DNA of 33,386 nt from Octopus bimaculoides (Eukaryota). The notes beneath the pieces are model-generated. The model was not told the origin of the DNA, made no database searches, and saw nothing but the letters and a program-made list of their open reading frames with translations. The DNA is taken from contig NC_068985.1 in assembly GCF_001194135.2 (NCBI RefSeq), positions 58,313,159 to 58,346,544 of the forward strand. The letters run 5' to 3'. The number at the start of each line of letters is the position of its first letter. Position 1 is the first letter of the stretch. The position numbers and the translations under genes are program-made. Shown here piece by piece: positions 12,479 through 22,419 of this stretch.

Positions 12479-12618
12479 TATCTCTTTTACTCTTTTACTT
12501 GTTTCAGTCATTTGACTGTGGCCATGCTGGAGCACCGCCTTTAGTCGAGCAAATAGATCCCAGGACTTATTCTTTGTAAGCCTAGTAGTTATTCTATCGG
12601 TGTCTTTCGCCGAACCGC
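12479..12618 (-). mobile_element. SINE family B, 3' portion
   Basis: GCGGTTCGGCGAAAGACACCGATAGAATAA overlaps the 3' end of the 22115-22419 copy and continues ..GGCGGTGCTCCAGCATGGCC..GAAACAAGTAAAAGA. Confidence 0.85.
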
Positions 12619-12981
12619 ATCGAGAGTACATAATTGCTGAAACGCTCATGTTCCCCTGCTGCTAATTTTCTTAAGACTAAACGCGTTTTCATATGCGCAT
12701 TTGACAGGAAGGGAGCAGAGAGAACGACCATTTTGAATAACGTACGTGAGTCAAGACTATCGTGGATAACACTATAAGACTCTTTCCTAATTAGGACTAT
12801 GACTAGAAGTTAGTTTCTTTGAACCAGGATTTACTGGTTATACATTTAGACAGCAAGAAATATCAGGAATGTTCTAAGCACTAGAAAGGCAGCTGAAAAC
12901 TTGTGGCTACCTAAGGTTACAGCTAGTAACCTGCTACCTACATAAATCTTGCCAGGAATAAGACCGAACCTGAGCCAAAAC

Positions 12982-13061
<80 letters not shown>

Positions 13062-13384
13062 AAGAAGAAGAAGAAGAAGAAGAAAAAGAAGAAGAAGAAG
13101 AGAAGGAGGAGGAAGAAGAAGAAGAAGAAGAAGAAGAAGAAGAAGAGAAGGAGGAGGAAGAAGAAGAAGAAGGAGGAAGAAGAAGAAGAAGAAGAAGAAG
13201 AAAAAGAAGAAGAAGAGAAGGACGAGGAAGAAGAAGAAGAAGAAGAAGAAGAAGAAGAAGAAGAAGAAGAGAAGGAGGAAGAAGAAGAAGCAGAAGAAGA
13301 AGAAGAGAAGGAGGAAGAAGAAGAAGAAGAAGAAGAAGGAGGAGGAAGGAGAAGAAGAAGAAGAAGAAGAAGAAGGAGAAGAAA
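12982..13384. repeat. (TAA)n followed by ~350 bp interrupted (GAA)n/(GAG)n purine tract
   Basis: TAA 12982-13033, GAA-type from 13034; source of the poly-R/K/S/L pseudo-ORFs. Confidence 0.98.
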
Positions 13385-13393
13385 AATTTTAAT

Positions 13394-14216
13394 AAAGCAG
13401 ACGTTGATCGTCTGTACCTAAGTAGAAGTAATGTGGGCGGAAAGGAATGATGCAACTAAGACTGTTATAAGTCCTCAGCAATAGCAATGAACAAGTACTT
13501 CTCTTGTGCAGAGGACTGGATGCTGGAGCTTGCGTGCAAACACAGAAGCAGCAAAAAATCACATTCTATCCTCAAGGAAGCTTACAAATTAGCAAGAGAA
13601 CACGTCATTAACCCCGAATTAGATGAGACTCTGAAACCACTGCCACTAAACAAGCAAAACGGATCAAACAGACTGCGAAAACATCATCCTGAGTCAATTG
13701 TTGTAGGTAAAAATATCACGATCCAGGGTAATCGACCAGACATAGTTATTAAAGACAGAGAAAAAATACTTGTAGACTAATAGATGTAAGTGTTTCCACT
13801 CATGAAAATATCTTAAGGAATTTGACAAATTAAATCAATATAAGGACCTGGAAATTGAAATACAAAAGATGTGGCATCTTAAATCAAGAACAGTTCCTGT
13901 TATTGTAGGTGCTCTAGGTATGATAAGAAAGAGATGTCAGAAAAATCTAGATGATATCCCAGGAAACTCATATGTGACAAATCCAAAAGATTGTGCTGAC
14001 AAGTACTACACACATCTTTATAAAAACTCTATCAATTTACATATCTATGTTGTATTACATGAAGTTATTTCACTGCAATCCCTGCCAATTCACCTCCCCA
14101 AGCTTTTAGTTATACTATAACATCTCTTATCTTTCACTCGCCCTTGGAAGTTGGGTGTGTCTTGGCTAGTGATTGCAACAAATATGTAGATTAAAAGTAA
14201 ATAATAATAATAATAA
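13394..14216 (+). mobile_element. R4/Dong-type LINE 3' fragment with internal deletion
   Basis: KADVDRLYLSRS..GG, then a jump to RLE NRPDIVIKDREK..IDVSV..YKDLEIEIQKMWHLKSRTVPVIVGALGMI, UTR and (TAA)n tail from about 14198. Confidence 0.92.
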
Positions 14217-14245
14217 TATTGATAATAATAATAATATTAATAATT

Positions 14246-14786
14246 AATAGTGTAGACCCAAAATGCCGATACTGTGACGATGAAACAGTGGACTACCTAA
14301 TATCTGGATGCAAGGTTTTAGCACCTGTAGAATACAAATCAAGACATGACAGAGTTGGCCAATATTTAGATTGGGTAATGTGTCGGCATTATAAAACTGC
14401 TGACAAATTGTACAAGTACCACGCTGAGGCCGTAATTGAGGAAGAAAATGTAACGATACTCTGGGACCTTCCAACAAAGCTAATAAACGAGATATAGTTA
14501 TGAAAGACCAAAACAATAAAGTCTGTTGACATGAGCATACCCTGTGACAATAATATCTCGCAAAACAATGATACACTCAGAAAATACGAAAGTTTCCTAA
14601 TTGAAATCGAAAATATGTGCCATGTGAAGACGCTTACAATAACAGTGATTGTAGGACACTTGGGATGATAAAAAAGGAACTGAAAATTATTTGAGAATGA
14701 TCCCTGGCTTACCAAACATGCAGGAAGTGCAGGAGATTGTCTTAACTGGTACGTCACACTTACTGAGAAGAGCATTGTCGCTGTGA
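14246..14786 (+). mobile_element. R4/Dong-type LINE 3' fragment (CCHC knuckle plus RLE)
   Basis: DPKCRYCDDETVDYLISGCKVLAPVEYKSRHDRVGQYL..VTILWD..DIVMKD..VDMSIPCD..KYE..VIVGHLG..VLTGTSHLLRRALSL*. Starts right after a TAA tract. Confidence 0.92.
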
Positions 14787-14973
14787 ATGTTCTTTCCCTT
14801 TCCCACTTTATTTTCTTTGTTTACTTTATATATTTTTTTTTTATTTTGTCCGTTTTCTCTCTGTCTGTCTTCACCATTTTCTCTATAACATGACTTTATA
14901 AATGAAGAATCTGCCGCGTATATTTTAATGGCTTACCGATGTATACAGTCCATTCCTCTGCTCTAGTTTTCAG

Positions 14974-15087
14974 GAAGATACACGCCAAGAAATGGAAGCA
15001 GAACTGAAAGATAATGAAAATAATAATAATAATAATGATAAAGTTAATAGCTCACACACTTCCTTCATAGAAGCAAAACAATATTAG
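14974..15087 (+). CDS. Putative terminal coding exon EDTRQEMEAELKDNENNNNNNDKVNSSHTSFIEAKQY*
   Basis: Acceptor ttcctctgctctagttttcag|. Phase 0 matches the 718-746 donor, acidic composition matches the upstream exons, stop TAG at 15085-15087, AATAAA at 15147-15152. Confidence 0.5.
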   Translation, partial: EDTRQEMEAELKDNENNNNNNDKVNSSHTSFIEAKQY

Positions 15088-16433
15088 AAATATGACATAT
15101 ATCCGTTAGGGATAGTTACAAATTTAGTAACAGCATCAAAAGACAAAATAAAGTAAAAATTCTGATCTTTTCTGTAGTTGATTTATGGAAATATGTAAAT
15201 AGTTGATCTTCACTATTGGATTTTCGATCCAACAGTTACTTATAATGAATTCATAATAGGCGCTAGTTTCATACGTCAAAATATTACGAATATTATATAA
15301 TGTGCATAAAAACTACCTTTGATGCAAAAATATAAGTAGATGTAAACTATTACTGAAAAGACCATCATCATCGATGCGAGTGTACACCCTATAAATAAAC
15401 AGCGCATCCTTGTAGATGGGAAGGCAACTTTGGGAACCGATCAAAAAATTAGCGAATCTGAATAATTCTTAAAACAAAAGGTCATAACGTTACGCTTAAT
15501 TCCTCGTTCTCTGAGAGAACTGTACATTTTATCTGTAATTGTGCTACGATTACTTGTAAGTGAGCTGCTCGACATATTTCCTGCGAGAGATAGCAAACAA
15601 ATATACGTTGTTACATTAGCTTCTTCAAATAAGGAAGGGTACATTACCCAATGCATTCGTATGAGCCATAAACTGGTTGCTACTGAAATCTGTGCTCAAT
15701 CTCATCTTTAATCTAATAGGACTCCTTCGAGATTAAACAAAAGTAAAGTTTTGCCATCCGTTATTGAATATTTAAACACTGTATTAATTAGGTTGCTTTT
15801 CTGCTTTAAAGTTTATAAACTGCAATGTTTGTCTGAAAAAGGAACTTTAAAACTCAGAATTGGAAATCAAACAACAATACTATGTTGCAGCATGATTTGA
15901 ACAATCGTCTCTGATTTAGATAAAGGTCGAAAAGTTCTGAGCGCATTGTGGTGGGATCGAGACCATCGATCCCCCTACTTCATTGGCACTCATTTCATCG
16001 AAACCATATGAACGAAGGGCAAAAAAATCTTCAGTGATATTCAAAGGAATAACATGCAGAGTTGGAGAAACTGATGCGAAACGTATTCTCTGATGAGCTA
16101 AAGATTCCGCCGAGTCGTTACCTTTCTATAAGTTATGAAAAGTAACATCATATATCGGTGGTGTTCATATTTCTTTGGTGATTCGACCTTGACTCATGTT
16201 AAGTTTGAATTTTTAACATCACAGTAAACATTTGATATCCCATTAAAATCACGTCATTGCATCCACAAATCGATATATATTTTTTTTTCTGATAATATTA
16301 TTTATATACTGTAAGATGTCAAAATATTTTACTGTATGAATATCAAAAGTTTCTGACACAATTCCACTGCGAACATATACATACACATTCATAAACAGTC
16401 ATCCTCATATATAGAAAGATAGGTGTACAGACG

Positions 16434-16435
<2 letters not shown>

Positions 16436-16483
<48 letters not shown>

Positions 16484-16926
16484 TACACCCATACATATAC
16501 ACACATATACGTGTATAAAATAAACATACATATATACTATTTACAAATATATATATATGATTTAAAGAGAATAAACAAATTCTTTCTGTATTTAGTAACA
16601 ATAATATCACGAATATATATCATTGCCACAAATATTAGTTTTCGAAATTGCTTCGGGGGTAGCAATAATACAAGATGGAAATATTTGTAGTAATACAATC
16701 TAGTCGGAATATAGAAAACTATGTGGTGTTTTTGTTGTTTTCATAGCAATCTTGGACAGAGTAAATTTAGAACAGATATTGACATATTTATACACACAGA
16801 AACCTCATTATATAAATCGGGAATATACATGAAATAAATTCGGCAAATAAATGACAGCCTGTTCAAAATTTAATGCATGGTATGTACTTACGTCTGAATG
16901 TATAAGCGAATATGGATGCACATTTA

Positions 16927-16988
<62 letters not shown>

Positions 16989-17021
16989 AATGTATGTGTA
17001 TATGTGTGCGTATGCGTATAC

Positions 17022-17053
<32 letters not shown>

Positions 17054-17120
17054 GTAGAAGGTAAAATTTATGGCCATTTAAAAATGAATTTTCATACACA
17101 CACACACACACACACACACA
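16436..17120. repeat. Cluster of (AC)n, (AT)n and mixed RY microsatellites
   Basis: Main runs near 16436-16482, 16929-16983 and 17095-17120. Confidence 0.9.
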
Positions 17121-17130
17121 TGATTGTATA

Positions 17131-17935
17131 TATTGAGTCATCCCATAAATAATGCGGTCTTATAATTCTTTTATTTTTCAAAATTAAGATAAACAAAGTT
17201 CTTTTATAATCTGAAATATACTCTCCTTGATTTTCTACAATGCTCTTCCACCTATCTGGTAGACTTGTGAGGCCCCTCTTCCAAAATTCACTCGTCCGTG
17301 ACGAAAAGTACTCCTCCAGTGCTGTTCTCACGTCGTCTACAGAATTCATATTTTTTTCCGTCCAAATCTTTTTGAAGACTGCGGAATAAATGATAATCAA
17401 ATGTGGCAGTGTCTGGCTAATTAGGTGTGTGGGGATTCGTTTCCCATTCAGACTGCTCCACACTATGGAATGTCATCCTAGCAGTATGTAGCCGAACATT
17501 ATCCTGATTGACAACAAAGAGCACACATTCACCCTCTGCGCGGGATTAAACTGGGGACGTTTGTGAGGATCCCATTGACCCAATTTGCTGACTTTTCCGA
17601 TGGTACGCAAGTGTCGATGAATGGTTGAATGACGAAATCCAAGTTTATGTGATAGTTCCTCAGCAAATACGATGGGGTTTAGTTTCGCCAGGCTTTGCAG
17701 GACGTCCTCGTCCAACTATTTACAAGACGGGGCTCGTCTTCTAGGCTAATTTCCAGCTTGGAATTTCTGCATTGATATTCCTCGCACTTTCCGTTGTGTT
17801 GTTGCCTTTATTGAACTCATTAAGCAATATATGCTGAATATGGTCCATTGTCACTTTCATTATAGCTTTGAAAAATGATTATTAAAATGGAACTGCATTT
17901 TTCAAAATTTGCACTAAGAATAAATACAAGGTAAA
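17131..17935 (-). mobile_element. Mariner transposon, internally deleted
   Basis: MKVTMDHIQHILLNEFNKG..EDEPR..DEDVLQSL..HSTIHRHLRTIGKVSKLGQWDPHK (WVPHEL motif), then directly *EMIPHP..PDIAPFDYHL (YSPDLAPSD motif)..LPDRWKSIVENQGEYI. 3' TIR-like sequence with TA at 17131. Confidence 0.92.
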
Positions 17936-18439
17936 ATTAGTAGCTGCTTTTATAACTAGTTGATGCAGGTAGTTTCACCCATCCCCATCCAACTATTGAT
18001 AAAACTGCATTACTTATGTTTTCTTGGCTATGATATTGGGGTGGTTTGACGTTTCCTTCTCCAACTGGATAAACGTTGGTCCACAAGGAGCACATACTTC
18101 CTTCGATGTATCTTGTTTTAGACCAGCTGTCTCTCCAGACACTCACCTCACATGAATAGGGGAATCAGTTTAGTCGCCGATCATGCGGTAGTTCTAGTTT
18201 ACATGGTAACATTAGTATATTTTATCAACCGGTAAGGGGATACTTCATCTGGGCTGAGTGATATATAATGTTCTCAAACATGACTTAAACGATTACTCCA
18301 GATGGTGTAATTACTGTAGATAGAACGTAAACCTATGATAGTCAAAACCTACGAATTAGAAGTTGATCAAAATTCCGTAGTATTAATGCAAAATATACAG
18401 TAACTTAGAATTTCGATAAGCAGAGACCTACAAAGTGAA

Positions 18440-18775
18440 TACGAAGGGATACCCAAAAGTAACCGGAAACGTTATCTGTGAAACAAACTCGTTGTAGATC
18501 AGGCTTCTGCCGCTAGAAGCCACTCGATGCGACCCTCAGTCATCAGTCTGCTGATCAGCATTGTTCAAGAGGATCAGACCCCCATGGGATGCGTTTTTTG
18601 TTTTGCAATACTTCTCTGTTCTTCGATTTTTCCGGTGGCTGAAACGAAGGAACTCGAAATGACGGTTAAAACAGTTCTCATACATCAAACAGCTAACAAG
18701 GACACTTTAGTAATGGTCACCCATCGTTTGAAGATCATCATGTTGAGGAGGACTGTCGGCCTCCCGAACGAATGA
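18440..18775 (+). mobile_element. Mariner-like transposon 5' fragment
   Basis: TA plus TIR-like CGAAGGGATACCCAAAAGTAACCGGAA. Downstream HFSNGHPSFED.. resembles the F.DGRTSFEDD.R.GRP end of the HTH region. Confidence 0.6.
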
Positions 18776-18802
18776 AAACATCATGAAAATTCATGATATA
18801 TA

Positions 18803-18998
18803 CCTGCAAAAATATGTGACACTTATTCGGTAGCTATGATAAAACTCCGAGTTTCGGATGCTGGGGTGGGAACAGACGCCGCTATCTCTTCAGTTATCTG
18901 GCAATTGACCAATGGCCGCCGGCGTGGGTTCCCACCCCGGCATCCGAAACTCGGAGTTTTATCATGGCTACCGAATACGTGTCACATATCTTTACAGA
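18803..18998. mobile_element. MITE-like foldback element (~79-bp inverted arms, ~38-nt spacer, TA flanks)
   Basis: 18803-18881 is the reverse complement of 18920-18998 with few mismatches; TA at 18801-18802 and 18999-19000. Confidence 0.85.
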
Positions 18999-19057
18999 TA
19001 AATTCCTCTATTTACATAATATTGAGGTCTCATTCTTTCTTTTGTTGTCCTTTCTAT

Positions 19058-19109
<52 letters not shown>

Positions 19110-19138
19110 CATATCAGCATATATGAATATTTTTGAAA

Positions 19139-19169
<31 letters not shown>

Positions 19170-19233
19170 CATAAAAATACATGTAAATAAAATTTATGGA
19201 TATATATGGAAAGAAGTGTGACAAAAGAATCTG

Positions 19234-19437
19234 ATTTTGCGTACTAAAAGTAAAAGTGGTTAAAAGTTTCAATTAAAAGATTCATAGAATTCAATGTATT
19301 TTTTTAAATATATAAATGGTATGTAAGGAAATCCATAGTTCATATCCTGGTAGGAAAATTAATGGAAATCTAACAAACCATGCGGACAATGTCCAATTCA
19401 TCAGGAAAAATATACTCTTAAAATAAAATTCTTGACA
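19234..19437 (+). repeat. Left copy of a diverged inverted duplication (partner 21372-21610)
   Basis: Reverse complement aligns with 21372-21610 (shared TTTCCTGATGA, ATTGTCCGCAT, CTACCAGGA.ATGAACT, TACCATTTA, AATTCTATG.ATCTTTT, TAGTACG). Confidence 0.85.
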
Positions 19438-19562
19438 ACTTTCTTAAAAACTTACCCACACTGGTCTATACAAAGAAGGACAACACAAAAACAGAAGAAG
19501 TGATGGGGGGAAATAAATGAAACAAGATGACATGGAAAAAGAATGGATAGATGAAATGACGG

Positions 19563-20991
19563 TCACTCGAAACCCACACTCTGAGCAACCTCGTTGAAAC
19601 TTTTTTTAACAAACACTATTTTTACAGTTAGAACAAATTTTAACGTAAAGAGATGTTCTAATTTATGATTTCCGGATAAATAGTTCTGAAAGTTACCGTA
19701 TCAGGTAATCCTTGAATTCTAATTTCTGTTCTCATTTCAGAGACGCTCCTCCCGAAGCTCGCCTTGGCATCAGTGCACATTTAATATGTGAGGGTATCTC
19801 GTTACAATTCGAAGTATCCACTCTCACTAGGGAGTTCAAGTTTTGAATTTCCCTTTTCGCTCTTTCGTTCCTGTTATCAAACATTATAATAAGATATTTT
19901 CTCGGGTGTGGGGGGGGGGATTCGTGGGTCCTGTGTTTCTGCAAAACTAGTTGTCGTGTCAAGTTCTGCATGGTGAGTGCCGGTGTTTGTAGGTGTAGGT
20001 GGTTGGGTGGACAGTGTGGGGAACATAATCAACAGTTTCTGACCTCCTCTCCCCCTTTTTCCTCCCTGCCGTTTCCCATCCATCCTTAGTTATCTCCTCT
20101 GCTTTGTTTTCCTTTTCTTCCTCGATGCTGAGCTCTCTCCTACTGGTTCTCGTTGGAGGTGAAGGTGCAGTTTCGTTTTCGTTTTCAAGTAACACCAGTG
20201 TTTTACGGGCAGCGGAGGCCATTCCGCTCTAATGTAGCTATTTTGGCCACAGTTGTAACAGTAGGGGAGGGGGTCCAGCCCTCCACTCTAACTCTAAGTA
20301 TCACTTCTTCGTAGACCGTTATGGACTCTGCTATTATTTCTAGGTCATTCGGGGCGGCCTGTGTCACCATTTCCAGGCACTACTCTTGCCAATTTTTATG
20401 CGCTGTTCCAGCGGTTTGGAGGACCGCAATTTTATATTCGAAGCCTAGCAGTATTGCTGCTACCAATCAGGCAACATTCACCTCCGGGTGGATGTCTTCC
20501 ACCCTTATCCTGGAAGCACACTTTCCGAGGTAAATGGGTAAAAGTACCACCTCGTCAGTCTTCAAGGAGGTTGCTGAATGCTGCCTGGAAGTTGCCTCCG
20601 TTCGAAACCGCACCTTTACTGTCACGAACATCCTTCCTCTGGTAAGGTAAATAATTCCCCGCCAGATGTGTTTCAGGGATTTCTCCACTTGATATGTTGT
20701 AGCCGTGTTAATCTTACAAGTTTTCAAAATGTAGGTTAGGTCTTGTATAATATAGACCTTTCCTTTGTCGTTCTTGTGGAGGCGACACCTTAACATCTTG
20801 CCCCGCTCTACGTAATATATCCTTTTTTTTTCAAGTTCCTCCTTTTTCACACTTATCTTGTCACTGTGTCCTCTGGCCACGATCGCAAAATTCATATTTT
20901 CTTCCATCTCCTTATGCGTCACAATTATTGCTCTCAGCAATGTTTCTTCAGACGACGTAAATTCTAAAGAACTGAGATATTCTTATTCCAT
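19563..20991 (-). pseudogene. Gag-like / non-LTR ORF1-like relic with degenerate CCHC zinc knuckle
   Basis: Long nearly open frames (ORF track 20467-20940, 19959-20222, 19732-19971). CYNCGQNSYIRAEW at 20219-20260 fits a decayed CX2CX4HX4C, followed by an E/K-rich low-complexity region. No RT is visible. Confidence 0.55.
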
Positions 20992-21371
20992 TTTTATACA
21001 AAATATATTCAGCTTCCCCCTTCAAATAAGGGAAAACTATCCACAAATCTGCCGCAAGGCAGCAAAACAAATGTTTATAAAACACGAAGCAATTGAATAA
21101 ACGTAGTGATAATCAACAAAACGTGTGACTTACTGACAATCTGAAGACAATTATCACTTTCTAGTTCTTGGCAACTTTTGGTTATTACGGAGGGATGGTT
21201 ATAGTTTTATATAAGATTTCATTCTCACGTATACAAATGAGAGAGTGGAGAACATGGAATGATGAGAGAAGTACATTAACCTATTAAGACTGAAATCTAA
21301 TTAAACACAACACAAATAAATTTTCACAATACTAAGTTGCAGGCATTCTTCCAAATTATCCAATATGTTTG

Positions 21372-21610
21372 GTCAAGAATGTGATTTTCTGAGGAAACCT
21401 TTCCTGATGAGAAGGATATTGTCCGCATAGTTTAAAATATATCTATTAATACTTCTACCAGGACATGAACTCTTGAGACAGCTCTAGAATTTGGACTCCT
21501 TCGAATTGTATTATTTACCTTATATACCATTTACATATTAAAAAGAACATTAAATTCTATGGATCTTTTACTTGAAACTCTTAGCCGCTCTAAATTCTAG
21601 TACGAAAAAT
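21372..21610 (-). repeat. Right copy of the diverged inverted duplication
   Basis: See 19234-19437; this copy has roughly 35-40 extra nt in the middle. Confidence 0.85.
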
Positions 21611-21974
21611 GTCATCAGTAATTTTTCTNNNNNNNNNNNNNNNNNNNNNNNNNNNNNNNNNNNNNNNNNNNNNNNNNNNNNNNNNNNNNNNNNNNNNNNN
21701 NNNNNNNNNNNNNNNNNNNNNNNNNNNNNNNNNNNNNNNNNNNNNNNNNNNNNNNNNNNNNNNNNNNNNNNNNNNNNNNNNNNNNNNNNNNNNNNNNNNN
21801 NNNNNNNNNNNNNNNNNNNNNNNNNNNNNNNNNNNNNNNNNNNNNNNNNNNNNNNNNNNNNNNNNNNNNNNNGATATTGTTGTACTTGGAGATGGTCATG
21901 TTGCCAGTTTAGCCCAAAAAAACACACGCACTATATAATTGTTGTTAATTTGCTTCAGCTTTATTTTACATTAC

Positions 21975-22033
21975 ATTAATCGTATTTCGGCCAGAGTTCT
22001 TTCGTCACACTTCCGTGACCTCATCAGTGGTCC
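21975..22033 (-). ncRNA. Degenerate hammerhead-ribozyme-like motif
   Basis: CTGATGA-GGTCA..TGGCC-GAAA-TACGATT. Core and stem II are present; no convincing stem I. Confidence 0.3.
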
Positions 22034-22114
22034 TTTGCTTTATTCTTTCCCATTTGTGTGTCTTTTCTTACTAACGATTAGCCATCTTGTATTTTGTATA
22101 CAGAATACAAAATT

Positions 22115-22419
22115 TTATTCTATTGGTCTCTTTTGCCGAACCGCTAGATTACGGGGACGTAAACACACCACCATCGGTTGTCAAGCGATGTTGGTGGGGG
22201 GACACAAACACAGAAACACAAACGGACACACGGATATATATACATATACATAGATACGACAGGCTTCTTTCAGTTTCCGTCTACCAAATCCACTCACAAG
22301 GCTTTGGTCGCCCCGAGGTTATAGTAGAAGACACTTGCCTAAGGTGCCACGCAGAGGGACTGAACACGGAACCATGTGGTTCGTAAGCAACTACTTACCA
22401 CACAGCCACTCCTGCGCCT
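22115..22419 (-). mobile_element. tRNA-derived SINE family B (CORE-like), 3'-truncated
   Basis: A-box-like TGGCTGTGTGG, B-box-like GTGTTCAGTCC, CORE-like CACCTTAGGCAAGTGTCTTCT, internal TA/TG repeat, then CCCCCCACCAACATCGCTTGACAACCGATG..GCGGTTCGGCAAAAGAGACC. Confidence 0.93.

Noticed and set aside
12800-12981. Possible additional RLE LINE 3' end (TARNIRNVLST) before the TAA tract
   Set aside because: Only a short weak motif match; plausible but not enough to list as a feature.
15441-15717. Overlapping open frames of about 70-80 codons on both strands
   Set aside because: No motifs or clear splice context; length is within chance.
15950-16025. Possible highly decayed family A SINE core on the minus strand
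   Set aside because: Similarity is too patchy to call by eye.
16068-16100. GAGAAACTGATGCGAAACGTATTCTCTGATGAG, with two hammerhead-like words
   Set aside because: The first lacks A9 and stem II; the second has no downstream GAAA at a usable distance.
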